A stretch of DNA of 64,000 nt, taken from the NCBI GenBank assembly GCA_040285855.1, contig JAUFOQ010000017.1:1736001-1800000 (forward strand), given 5' to 3'. Shown one piece after another: positions 46,188 to 57,789 of the stretch. The notes under the pieces were generated by a model that worked only from the letters and a program-made list of their open reading frames with translations, was not told where the DNA came from and did no database searches. This stretch comes from Eukaryota sp. GEM-RC1 (lineage: Eukaryota). Made by a program: the position numbers and the translations under genes. Within the stretch, counting starts at the first letter, position 1. Each line of letters opens with the position of its first letter.

Positions 46188-49115
46188 ATGAGAATACTGT
46201 TGTTAGTTGTTACGTTGCTAGTACTAGCACTCGCTGATGTCCCCGGACATACTTTCCTTGAGTATGGTGTTCCCACCATCGGTGAGTTCACGAAGGACAA
46301 GGCATTGGCTCATTATTACATTGACGTTGCTGATAACGAAAAGCTCTCTATCGCCATCGAGGCGGACATGCCTGTTGAGATTCTTCTCGCTCAAGACCCG
46401 TTCCCTCAAATGCACAACGCTTCATGGGGCGGCGCCAACTATTTCGAACTCGGACCCGGTAACCCGAACTATTTCCCTGGTCGGTTTTACATCACTCTTC
46501 GTCCTATTGCCGAGATGGAGATGGAATTCACTGTTTCAGGATATTCCGATACTCCAATGATGGAAGAAATCCCTACCACTGGTATTATCCGCGAAAATGG
46601 TTACGCCTTCTTCTCCTACCCAGTCTGTATGAAGGGAAAGCTCACCGTCGAAGTGTTTAGCGAAGGTACCACTCAAGGAATGTATCTCTCCCAACAATGG
46701 GCTCATCCCACATCCGCCGAAGGTCGCCACTCCTACAAGACTACTTCCGGTCGTATCCAAATCGACGTGAGGTCTCCTGGCCGCATGTACGTTGGTGTTA
46801 AGGGTAAGACTGGTGATGAAGTCATCCTTATCGGAAACATGGACAACGAAATTGAAACTATCCCTGAATACGGAATAATCTCTGGATCCATCATCCGTGG
46901 CTGTGCTCGTCATTACAAGTTTGACTCTATTGATGAAACCTCCGCTATCCCTCTCACTATCATTGCTGAAGAAGACTACGTTAATAGTGAAGTCTTCCTC
47001 TATCTCTCTCACGGTGAACATAACATCTTCCCTGACAGATATGACTATGATGACGTTACTTTCCTTGAAGTTGGAGCTGCCACTCACTTTGATGCCTTTG
47101 AGTTCATTGATGGTACTGCCTACTTTGGTATCGAAGCTCACGATGCCAGTCCTTGGATTGGATCTAAGTACGCCTTTATGGTCTCCCAACACCACGACTT
47201 CATCTATGAAGGTTATGAAACCCGTGTCTCTATCCCCTCTACCACTGAAGGAGCTCTATTCGTCATCAGTCGTACTGCTGAGTATCCCGTTAGATACATT
47301 GCTGCTGAGGTTGCTTTTAGTGACGTGAGAGAACGTGATAACCATGACTATTTGATTATGGGTTCTCATGATGATCCTAAGGTTGAAGGTGAAGGTTCTT
47401 GTGCTGGAACTTGGGGTTATATGGAATGCCAAGACACTTTTGACCTTGGTGAGCAGATTCGCTACTTCATCCGAGTAATCTACAAGGACCATGATGCTCA
47501 GGGTGTTCCCCCTACTGAAGCTAAACTATTGGCCTCCTTTGTTTATGAAGCTGCTCTCTATGAGAAGTATGATGGCCACATTGAAAAGGACGAGTGGATC
47601 ACCTTTGCTGTTGACATTCCTGCTGACGAAAGTGGTTTTGATGTCTATGTCCAAGCTAACACCAACGGTGATGGTTTCATTGAACTCTATGGTGGATGGG
47701 ATCGTATTCCTACCAGTCACAAGTCTTTCCACAAGTGGAGAGGTGTTCCCTCAGGTTACCAACGTGAAATCAGAATCCCCAAGGAGGAGATGGACTTTGG
47801 AAGAGAAGCAACTATCTACTTCTCTATCAGAGGAACTACCAAGGCTACCTATAACTTTGTTGCCTTTACTGGACGTCATTTACCCCTCCCTAACGCTATG
47901 AAGTATAACGACTACATTGCCCCAATGTCTGTTGTTCACTACTTCTACATCCCTGACAGTGACTGGCATCATGATGGTGCTATCTTGATCTTCAGTCTCC
48001 AAGTTGAAGAAGACGCTCCCATCACTATGTACATCTCCTCTCACTTTGAAAACCCTGATGAAGAGAACCATGATTGGGTTGTCACACCTACCTCTGGAGC
48101 TCTCATTGTCAATGCTGATGATCCCTCTTATCGTCATGACATGGGAACTTACTTCATTACTATTCTGAACTCTGGGGATGGTGAGATTGAAGACGTTATT
48201 TACTTTGATGTTATGGCTGTGGATGTTGATCCTCTTATTGATGATCGTTCCTACATTGATTTCGTTTCTGCTGCTAATATCAACAGTTATCTCTTCAGAT
48301 CTGATGCTCATGATGCTGATCATTATCTTGAAGTTGAGCCACTCAAGCCCATTGGTACTACTTCAGGAAGTGGTTCTCTCAATGTCTTTGTCTCTTCTAT
48401 TGATATGCCCAACAAGAACAAACATGAATATGCTCTCACTGATATGAAGTATAAGGACGGAACTAAGTACATTGCCATGTTACACTATGATGGTGTCCGT
48501 GGTCATGAAGGCGCTCCCGCTGGTACTTTCCTTGTAAATGTTCAAGGACATGACATGTTCAACATGTACCAACTCACCCATTACACCTCTATTCATCTTT
48601 CATTTGACAACAGAATTGGTTTCTCTGTCATGAATAATGAACATCGCTACTTCAATGTTCGTGTTTCTGATGATTTGTACTCTCACGTTAAATCTAATGG
48701 TTATGTTGACGTTACTCTTTCTCCTTCTGGTCGCTTTGACAGCAAGTGTGTTGATGGTCTGTCTATCTATGGATCTGACAAGAATATCCATCCATCTCCT
48801 AGATCAAGTTATTTATGGGGAGGAAAGGGAAAACAATCTATCAGAGTTATGGGATCAGATGAAAACTTCCACGTTGGTCGGATTTATGTTAATGTCGTTG
48901 GTGAAACTTCAGGATGTGCATTCGACATTATTGCCACTCGCAGTTTCGGCCATTACACTACTGGAACTATCTTTGGATGGATCTTCACTATTCTTTTGAT
49001 TTCTGGTGTTGTTGGAGGTGGAGCTTATGCCTTTGTCTTCTACAGGAAGAATCCCCAGCGTATTCCTCAATGGGTTCCTGCTAGATTCCGTTCCACTCAA
49101 TATGACGCTTTGTAA
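46188..49115 (+). CDS. 975-aa type I membrane protein with tandem beta-sandwich (PPC-like) repeats and C-terminal YxxL
   Basis: Signal peptide; roughly 7-8 repeats of an aromatic strand / L.I.V / (L,M)Y.S....P pattern; one TM helix; terminal YDAL; codon usage visibly skewed to C/T-ending codons. Confidence 0.85.
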   Translation: MRILLLVVTLLVLALADVPGHTFLEYGVPTIGEFTKDKALAHYYIDVADNEKLSIAIEADMPVEILLAQDPFPQMHNASWGGANYFELGPGNPNYFPGRFYITLRPIAEMEMEFTVSGYSDTPMMEEIPTTGIIRENGYAFFSYPVCMKGKLTVEVFSEGTTQGMYLSQQWAHPTSAEGRHSYKTTSGRIQIDVRSPGRMYVGVKGKTGDEVILIGNMDNEIETIPEYGIISGSIIRGCARHYKFDSIDETSAIPLTIIAEEDYVNSEVFLYLSHGEHNIFPDRYDYDDVTFLEVGAATHFDAFEFIDGTAYFGIEAHDASPWIGSKYAFMVSQHHDFIYEGYETRVSIPSTTEGALFVISRTAEYPVRYIAAEVAFSDVRERDNHDYLIMGSHDDPKVEGEGSCAGTWGYMECQDTFDLGEQIRYFIRVIYKDHDAQGVPPTEAKLLASFVYEAALYEKYDGHIEKDEWITFAVDIPADESGFDVYVQANTNGDGFIELYGGWDRIPTSHKSFHKWRGVPSGYQREIRIPKEEMDFGREATIYFSIRGTTKATYNFVAFTGRHLPLPNAMKYNDYIAPMSVVHYFYIPDSDWHHDGAILIFSLQVEEDAPITMYISSHFENPDEENHDWVVTPTSGALIVNADDPSYRHDMGTYFITILNSGDGEIEDVIYFDVMAVDVDPLIDDRSYIDFVSAANINSYLFRSDAHDADHYLEVEPLKPIGTTSGSGSLNVFVSSIDMPNKNKHEYALTDMKYKDGTKYIAMLHYDGVRGHEGAPAGTFLVNVQGHDMFNMYQLTHYTSIHLSFDNRIGFSVMNNEHRYFNVRVSDDLYSHVKSNGYVDVTLSPSGRFDSKCVDGLSIYGSDKNIHPSPRSSYLWGGKGKQSIRVMGSDENFHVGRIYVNVVGETSGCAFDIIATRSFGHYTTGTIFGWIFTILLISGVVGGGAYAFVFYRKNPQRIPQWVPARFRSTQYDAL

Positions 49116-49245
49116 GTGTATTCTGTTTATCATGTATGTAGTTTCAAATTTATTGTTATAAAAGAGTAATTAAATAGTTTATCTTAGAGACCATTAAAGA
49201 AGCTTTTTGTACGATATGTTTCATGGATTTTAAGAACTAGAACTA

Positions 49246-49299
49246 CAGTCTATCCTCCCATTAAGGTCTGCCCAAAGGCTTGCACTAATGGGTAGACTG
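49246..49299. mobile_element. 54-bp fold-back with Tc1/mariner-type ends (minimal MITE or remnant)
   Basis: TA|CAGTCTA..CCCATTA ... TAATGGG TAGACTG|TA. Confidence 0.55.
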
Positions 49300-49427
49300 T
49301 AGAAGAATTTCAGTTGTAAGCTCAAATTCGCAACCTATAAATCATCTTTTACCCCAATACTTTGTTACTGCTACTTTGCATACAGTAGACTACTAGTAGC
49401 TACCCCAGCCTGTTCTATTTCATCTTA

Positions 49428-50083
49428 ATGCGTGGTTCTTTCATTGTACTTGAAGGTCTTGATCGTACTGGCAAGACAACTCAACTTGAAAAATTGATCA
49501 AAAACCTCCAAGAGCTTTCTATTCCCGTTGAAGAGTTCCACTTTCCTTTCCGATCAACTGCTATTGGTCAGAAGATTGACGCTTATCTTCAAAAAAAAGT
49601 TTCTTATGATGATTGGCACATCCATGAACTATTTGCTCTCAATAGAGCAGAAATGATGGACAATATGCGTGAAATTCTTAGTCAAGGGAAAACCATTATA
49701 TGTTCTCGCTACGCTTTTTCTGGAGTTGCTTACAGTGCTGCTAAAGGAATGGATTTTAATCGTTGTCTTTCTGCCGATGCCGGGGTTCTTGCTCCAGATC
49801 TAGTTCTCTTTTGAAAGCAGATCCCGATACATTGGCTGTACGTTCAGGTTTTGGAGATGAACGGTATGAAGTACGTCAGTTTCAGCATCTTGTAGCCGCT
49901 TCTTTTGAGAAAGTCAGGGATGTTGTACTACAGGAAGGAATTCCTTGGGTGGATGTTGATGCAACACTTCCAATTGATACTGTTTCCCAACGACTCTTGA
50001 CATCTTCTACAGCAGTTGTTGAAGATGTTAAACGATCACAGTCGAAGTTTAAAACACTGTTTGATCTATACAAATCGGTCTAG
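49428..50083 (+). CDS. DTYMK: Thymidylate kinase, one frame break at 49809-49812
   Basis: RGSFIVLEGLDRTGKTTQ P-loop, FPFRSTAIGQ.ID.YL, RYAFSGVAYSAAKG, PDLVLF(L), GFGDERYE. Confidence 0.93.
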
Positions 50084-50142
50084 AAAATCTGTCTGATTCG
50101 ACGCAGAATAAATTTATTTTAGATGCTACAATATACAAACTA

Positions 50143-50779
50143 TTAACAGGAGCAGCCACCTTCTTCATTTGGTGTGTCTTCGTAGGATATAGTTATGGTA
50201 TTTTTGACTCTTTTATCTGATGTGGAAGCCCTCGATATTGTTGAGACTGAAGCTTTCTCAAGCATCTTTTCTGTTAGCAAAGTATAGGCATCAGGAACGT
50301 TTTCTCCGGTTTTTGCACTAGTTTCTATGTAATGTGCACCAACAGATTGTGCAAACTCTTGAGCCACTGAAGCCTCAACGGAACGGTTTCGTTCAAGATC
50401 TTTTTGTTCCCCGCAATTACAATGGGTATTTTACCAACAAACTGACGTAATTCACGCACCCATTTCTTGGCCTTTTCAAAAGAATCAAGATCTGTGATGT
50501 CAAATACAAGAAGAGCGCCATCAGCATCTCTGTAATAGATAGGCCCCAGAGCATGAAAGCGCTCCTGCCCTGCAGTATCCCATATAGCAAGGTTTGCAGT
50601 AGTGTTATTCACATCAACACGTTTAGAAAGATAAGTGGCCTGGATAGTAGAAGGTTGAGAGTCATGAAAGTTTCCATGTACAAATCTTACTGTTAAAGAG
50701 GTTTTTCCACTTCGTCCTTCGCCTTAAGTTAAACAATTAAAGTGGAAATACCTAGAGTTACGACTTTGAATGTTTGCAT
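50143..50779 (-). CDS. RAB21: Rab21 small GTPase; 29-nt intron 50751-50723; one frame break at 50401-50405
   Basis: FKVVTLGEGRSGKTS after splicing, STIQA, WDTAGQERFHALGPIYYR, GNK(K)DL, ETSAK, CSC terminus. Confidence 0.9.
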
Positions 50780-50856
50780 GAAGAAAGGTGAAAGGTTATC
50801 GTCAGCTTTTTGTTATACAACGAGGCACGTTTCACAATTGCGCCACAATTTTTTAC

Positions 50857-51538
50857 ATGGCCGATTGTTCCCACTTCCATGTGACATCAACTCTCCTTGT
50901 CATTGCTCATCCAGATGATGAGATTTTCTTCTTTGGTCCTCTGTTGCTAAATAGGAAATGCGATCTTCATATCTTATGTCTTTCTCCTGGCAGCTTATTT
51001 AATTCTATGCATTCATCTGGTCTTGCAGAAACCAGACAGAAAGAACTTGTACATGTCTTACATGATTTTGGATTGAAGTCTTCTGATTTAACTATGGTTG
51101 ATGATTTTAGACTTCGTGATGGTCATGATTGGAATACATCTTTGGTCAAAAACACATATACAAATGTCTATCGTCAACTGGTGCTAAACGCATCGTGACT
51201 TTCGATCGAAATGGCGTAAGTGGACATATTAATCATAAAAACATCTTCCATGCTTGCTGTGAGGTCAAAAAGAACGTGCCGACGTTATTTTTGAGACTCT
51301 CATTTCAGCACCTGTATTTCTTAAGTATTGTTCCTTCATTGGAGCATTTCTATTGTTTCTCTTTACTTTCTTCTTTCAGAGTACATCGTACAGTAGCTTT
51401 TCTCCTAGACAATTTTTGAAACTGTTCAGGAATTACCTTAAGTATAAGACTCAGAGAACCTGGTACCGGACTCTCTATTGCTTCTTTTCTTTGTATATGT
51501 TTGCCAATGTATTTGCCACTCCGATTAGATTGAGATAA
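50857..51538 (+). CDS. PIGL: GlcNAc-PI de-N-acetylase (PIG-L), two apparent frame breaks
   Basis: AHPDDEIFFFGP, R.KEL, TFD..GVSGHINH, TQRTWYRTLY..FS.YM..N. Confidence 0.88.
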
Positions 51539-52370
51539 TGTTCAGTACTTTCTATAGTATTGAACCTTTTCATGTTGTCACCTTTAAGGTATGGTGTCTA
51601 CTTGTTATGCATCTCATTGTTGAAATTCCACGTACTCAATCAAAATAATCTTCTTTATTTATTTGTTGTTTTCTTGTTGTGTTCTTTTCTACCCCTATGG
51701 CAGAGATTTGATATAGTGAAGCACACTATTGTTAATCCGATGCTGTGATAAACGAACTTTATTGATATTAGATTAGATGAAAATCCCTCCCCGAGTACAT
51801 TGTACTGGGAAGAGTGGCAAATCAACCGAAAGAACATTTAATTCACACATGTGTTGATCCAGGTCGTTTATTGGAACATCATTCCAACGATTCCTCAACC
51901 GTAACAATGAAGCATTAATCAATAATCACTACTTTTTGTAAAACTTTGGAAGAATTTGTATTTTCCTAACTCTATTCAAAACTATTCAATTAATCACGAA
52001 GAGCAGTTATTCACGAAAATTAATTAAGATTTGGATGCTGGCCTTCTGAAAAACACCATCAAACAGGTTTTGAGATGTCTCTGAACAAACAGTAGATTTA
52101 AAAATATTGTGGTTGTTGGTAGATACCTACCAGACCATCACTGCTCTAAGTGAGTTTTATGACTACATATTTAAAGAAAAATCAACAACTAGGCTCCAGC
52201 AAACAATATTTAAGGAGACAATAAGACTCTTGACAAATTCAGTCTCACTACAAAAAAAAGTCTCAGTGAGACTAAAAAATGGAGAAACAACAATCTCAGT
52301 ACTTTGTTGGTCTCAACGTAGGTTTTTACATCAACTATTAAAACCTTACAGTGGTGTACTATATGTAGTA

Positions 52371-53188
52371 CACCACTGATCTTAATTAATGTCACTAATT
52401 CGGAAGTGACATTAATTCAGGAAGTTCCAAAATAATATCACTAAATTTTGCTAAATCAAAACTGTTTTTGACCAGCAACTTATAAAGAAAACACAAGTTA
52501 TCAAAATACTGCTTATAGGTTCCATCTCATGGCACACTTGAATAATGTCCTTGCTTCAGCTCAATTATTGAATATACATCGCAAGGCGATACGATTCGTT
52601 CGAATATATAACATCAGAACTGGATATCATCCATAAGTCAGAAACCCTGTTTTTGGAAATATCAGAAGAATTATCGTTGCTATAAATCTTCTCTTCTTGA
52701 CTTTCTGTACCTGTCGTCCAGATCCTAATATAAGCAAGGTCTCAAAGTACTTGAAAGAGTGTTTAAGAGAATATGCTGGAAATATTAGTTATTTCAGTCT
52801 TTTATGGTGTTCTAATGGAAAGTTCTATAACGGTTCTGTATGGATTAATCAAATAGGTGAGAATATCCAGATGGGCAATGTGTACGTTGAGGATACTGAT
52901 TATTAGATGTATGTACGCTGTAGAGTTGTTGTCAATAAATAAATAAATAAAATGTATTGAGATCTCGACGATAGGTAAAAGTGATTCGAAGTTAAAGTCA
53001 AAAGTAATCATATGCTGATCCCAACTTCAGTGCAATACATAAATGTGTTTCTAATTCCGAACAATATTTAGTTTAACCACAAACAGAAACGTATAGTTGA
53101 AGAGATCATGTACATGTAGATTTTCACTTTTTTCAAGAGTTGTTCCAACCTAAACTAATGTCACTCACATTAATTAAGGACAACGGTG
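52371..53188. mobile_element. TIR element, Tc1/mariner-like, degenerate
   Basis: Left TA|CACCACTGATCTTAATTAATGTCA; the right end reverse-complements to CACCGTTGTCCTTAATTAATGTGA. Confidence 0.6.
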
Positions 53189-53199
53189 CAGATGGTACA

Positions 53200-54002
53200 C
53201 CGTTAGTCTCTACAGAATTAGTTTCAGTGATACTAATTATGTCTTGAAATCTCAAATATACTTACATTGTATATTTCTCTATTCAATGCAGTTATCGACT
53301 AATCGTCATAAGAAGTGTGTTCACATCAATATTATATATACGACCTGTTTCTTCATAACAAGTACATTCACATTAGTATTGAACAACCATTTTGATTACA
53401 ATTGTTGTGCAAACAAACATTTTGATGACAATTTTTGTAATCTATACCTGACTGCAAAATCGTCTGACCACATTGATTACTTTTGCCTGCTTTGATCCAT
53501 CAAACTCGACTTACAGTGTCCAAAGACACCTTCCCACAGTGAATAATCAGTTCAACAAGAAATGTTAATGAGACAAATGTGCAGTGCGTAACCAATAATT
53601 TAAAATAAAGAATGAATTGTAATCCGTTGAGAAAATGGTCTTTTGTGGGTCTACACTGAATAATAGATGATGAATGAAAATGAGTGTCATCCAACTTGGC
53701 CTATGTCTGTGTACTGACGAACATTGTTGAAGAAAAACATGATCTTTGGAATACATTTGACGACCAGGAACACTTCGACACTTGAATTGATGAACAAGGT
53801 CTGGTTTAGATGATGTGATTGAAAGAGGATAAGCGATTTCGGTTTAATATGAGTTTTACGAATACATATTTGCAGCAAAAGGAACGACTGGACTTCTCCA
53901 ACCAACAAAATTTGAGGACATAATTAGTCTCAGTGAGACTAATTAAGGGATGGAGGGGCAAAAATCTCAATACCAAATTAGTCTCAGTGAGACTAATTGC
54001 TG
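53200..54002. mobile_element. TIR element with AATTAGTCTCAGTGAGACTAATT near-palindromes
   Basis: Motif at ~53922 and ~53978, a degenerate inverted copy with shared flank at ~53215-53252, and another copy near 52259. Confidence 0.55.
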
Positions 54003-54111
54003 TTGCCGGTTGTAAATGGTAAAATGTGGCATTGCATTGATGGGGAAATGAAAAGAAATTCTCTCCCTCTTCGAGGTCCAAACCGATCATCCATTTCTGA
54101 CTTTTTATAAG

Positions 54112-54999
54112 ATGTCTTCTCTTGCAGCTATTCAAAAACAAGTAGAGTACTACTTCTCCCATGAAAATCTTCAAAAGGACAAATACTTACTTAACATGAT
54201 GGATTCTGATGGTTGGGTGGACTTAACTGCTCTCTCCCGTTTTCCACAATTAGCCAAGCTTGTTGCCGAGAGTTCTCATGATGTATTGAACGATGCCATA
54301 GTCAATTCCCCATTATTGGAAATGGATGAATCCTCAGTCCGTATCAGACTCCTTCCCAGCGCAAGAGAACGCACACTCATTTTACTTAGAGATGTTGACT
54401 CTAAATGTTCCACAAAAGACATTCTTTCACTTTTCCATGATAAGTCGTTCGGTCCAACTGAAATTCGCCCTGATGTACTCAACAATTGGTATTTAAGTTT
54501 TGATTCACGCTCCTCGGCTCTCGAAGCATTTGACTTCTTACAAAATCCCTCAACTGTCCTTCTGTCCAAGCCAGTCAATTGTCGCGTTACTACACAGACG
54601 ATCACCATCCCTACTCACAACCGTCCCCGAGGCTCTTCTCATAGAGGTAGAGGAGGTCCAAGAGGAAGAGGGAATCCACGTTACAGAGAATCACGATCAC
54701 GTGATAGAGGGTCACGTGACCAATACCCTTCTCCCAAAACAACTGTTGTTAACCCAAGGCATGCTAGAATTGAAAGCGGATATTCTGACCCCAATGCAGT
54801 CAAGAAGTATAGCTTTGAAGAAGTTTCTGAAGTTGCACAGAAGATTTCTGAACTTCCTATTGAAGCTAATGTTGACAACCACAATGACTTGGTCAAAGAG
54901 GGAGTTGTCTCTGAACAGAGAATCAAACCAGTCACTACTGTACCTTCAGGAACGTCATCTTTTGCTGACGTGTTGAAGAAAGCTGTAGGGAAGCAGTAG
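54112..54999 (+). CDS. La-related RNA-binding protein (La motif + RRM-like + RGG; LARP4-like)
   Basis: KQVEYYFSHENLQKDKYLLNMMDSDGWV La motif; RTLILLRDV...NNWYLSFDS..A RRM-like; RG-rich tail. Confidence 0.88.
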   Translation: MSSLAAIQKQVEYYFSHENLQKDKYLLNMMDSDGWVDLTALSRFPQLAKLVAESSHDVLNDAIVNSPLLEMDESSVRIRLLPSARERTLILLRDVDSKCSTKDILSLFHDKSFGPTEIRPDVLNNWYLSFDSRSSALEAFDFLQNPSTVLLSKPVNCRVTTQTITIPTHNRPRGSSHRGRGGPRGRGNPRYRESRSRDRGSRDQYPSPKTTVVNPRHARIESGYSDPNAVKKYSFEEVSEVAQKISELPIEANVDNHNDLVKEGVVSEQRIKPVTTVPSGTSSFADVLKKAVGKQ

Positions 55000-56301
55000 G
55001 AAACGATCTTGGGAGAGGATTGTGTTTAGCTTTTACATGTATTTTGTTAATAAAAACTATGTGAAACTTTAACATAACAAGGTGTTGAAAACAGGCTACT
55101 TTACACTTAGTAGTACATACACATGTAGTACATCAATCGATCTTATTATTCTGGGTCAGACCAATTCTAGTTCATACAATTTTGGCAAAGAAGCAACGAG
55201 CTATTATACGTTCCTAAAACAAAGGTAGGTGCTGGTAACTAATTATCTTCACAGGGGTTAAACGGGAGCTGATTGGAACAACAACTCTAATTGCATTCTG
55301 GTCTAGTTATAGTGGAATTGACTACATACACCGCACACAACTCTCTCTCCTCATGTCTTTTTGTCCTCCCTGTTTTCCTAGTATAACCGCATCTACTGAG
55401 GTCTCTAATGCGAATGTTGCTGTTTGTGATAGCTCTCCTTCCATAATTAGATCATCAGATGATCACTTCTATTCTTGATTATTGCAGTGAAGTTGAACTC
55501 AATGACCCATTTCTTACCAACCCATTTGTTGTATCTGACCACAATGCTGAAACAATCAATGATACTACTGCTCCTGCTGCGCTGTTCTAGATAATGTTGC
55601 ATTTCCTGATACTGCTGAATTTTGGACATAATGTACTGATGATATGTGCGAATTAAATGAAAAATTCTATAGTAAGGCTCATATGGTTGTTTTGGAAGTA
55701 TTTATGGAACGGACCAGAAAGTAAAATGATAAACTAGTTTATGTTACAAGGACTGACTCATTGGTTTACGTCACACACAAAGTAAGAAAAACAATTGTCC
55801 CTTCTATTTGATTTACAGATTTAGAAGACAGAATAACACTCTTCAGCACAATCATGAGCTAATAGAAGAATAAGCTGCTATGGCTTCATTTCGTGCAAAA
55901 CAAGTGGATGGTGAACTAGCATCCCACACGAAGAAGAGACTGAGAAACTGACTATCGAAATGATGAACCAAGTTAATGGAGAAGACGAAGAGCTCAAAAG
56001 AAAGTTGCTTTAACATGCAAAGCGTTACGAGGAAGAACAAAAGGCGTGATTAAAGGAACCAGAGTCTATCCCCCTCTTTAAAGCGTAAGAGGGAATAGAA
56101 GGAGGGGATAGCATTTCCTTAGTTAATAAGCCAATATGTGTTTGATATGAAACAGGGAAGAATGATGCAAGAGAAACCAGCTTGGGACACGACATAAACA
56201 AGAATGTCATGTGAATAGTAAAATGTCGTGCGGTGTATATAGTCTATCCCGTTATAGTTCTTCTTTAAACACCCCTTCTTTCCTCGTCAAAAATCATTCA
56301 A

Positions 56302-57716
56302 ATGAGTTCCTCTGATGATCTGTATCAGCTACGTATCAAAATATCTAATCTTGATAATGAAAACCAGCTCTTGAATGACACCGTCTCAGACCTCCAACAG
56401 TCATCAAAAGTTCTCAAATCAAGAGCTGACGTCACCACGCGCCTAACAGAACAACTCATTTCATTAGTAGTTGATCTTTCTGATGAAACAACTGCCCATG
56501 ATCTCTCCAATCTCTCACCTCTCCATATCTTTGACAGACTTCGGTCTCAGATTAAAACTCTATTTGCTTTTAAAACGAAGTTTGATGTGGAACTTGATAA
56601 CCGATCAAAACAACGGCAACTTATAGATTCCAACTCAACTAAGTCTTTGGAGGGCAAAGTCAAACAACAACAGGTTATAATTGATGATTTGGAGAAAAAA
56701 CTCACAGATTCATGTAATGACTGTAACAACTTACGAGACTTGAACAGGCAATTGCAAACGTCACTTGATCAGTTCCATCACGAAGCAGCTGAAAAAGAAA
56801 CTCGTTTCCGATCGAAAGTCAAGACTTTGTCTGACCAAAATAAAGATCTTACTCACCAGTACAAAACTGTTTCAACTAAGCTAAACTACCAAGAACTTCG
56901 ATTAATGAGAATTGAACAATTAGAAAGTGCTTTATCTGTTGAAAAATTAAAAGAAATCAATTAGTTAAAAATGCAGAAACTTCATTAAAACTTGAAATTG
57001 AAAGGTTAGAGAAAGAACTAGCTAGGTATCGAGCAGTGGATTTAGAAAATTCCAAATTACGGGATGAAATTAAAAAAGTCAAAGCTAATGTCGCCTCTTA
57101 TCGTCGAAATTTGTCTGTTGTTAGAAATAAGGACCAATCAAAAGAGATTGATCGACTTTTGAGTGTAATTGATGTGAAGGACGACAAAATTAAACAATTG
57201 CAAACAGAGTTGCGAAGTACTTTGGTTTGTACAGAAACTGTTTTAGAAAGAAATAGGTCGTTAAAATCTAAATTTAGTCACATCAACAAGGAATTTGTCC
57301 AGCAAAAACAATTATCTGAAAAAATTGAAGAAACTGCTTTAATTGACACTCTGGGGCTTAAAACTGAGGGCATGGCTCTCCAGGATCAGCTCAAAAGTAC
57401 ACGTCATCAAGCTGATCACTTACAAGGACAAGTAAAATCGCTATTACTTTCTCGAAGTTTCAGTTCTCTTAAACTGGAAAATGAACGAAAGAAAAGAGAG
57501 GAATTATTTAATGAAATTTCCCAACTTCGGGAACAGAAACTTGCTTTACAATCGTCATCTCCTGCTAGTCATGGTAGACCGTTTTCAGCACCTTTAGTGT
57601 ACTCACAATCATCTCCAAATATTTTAACTTCTCCAAATATTTCAATATCTTCACCAAAGTCCGCCAAGTCGAGGCCAAAGTCTAGCTTTGGAATGCATCG
57701 AAGTGCAGAAATTTAA
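56302..57716 (+). CDS. Long coiled-coil protein, one frame break (~56950)
   Basis: Two coiled-coil ORFs join through an open intermediate frame (KRNQLVKNAETSLKLEIERLEKELARYRAV) when one A is added. Confidence 0.7.
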
Positions 57717-57789
57717 ATTAATGCTTCTGTTGGTTTATGTTCTGTTTTTGTTTTTTAACAAAAATATTTGTACAATGAATACTATGTAA

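Noticed and set aside
46224..49133. Many overlapping and antisense ORFs within the 975-aa gene (also in legumain, LARP and the Dpy-30 gene)
   Set aside because: Shadow ORFs expected from biased codon usage; no recognisable motifs.
55447..56210. Short minus-strand ORFs as a gene
   Set aside because: Could be a fragmented gene, but I could not build a consistent model or recognise any motif.
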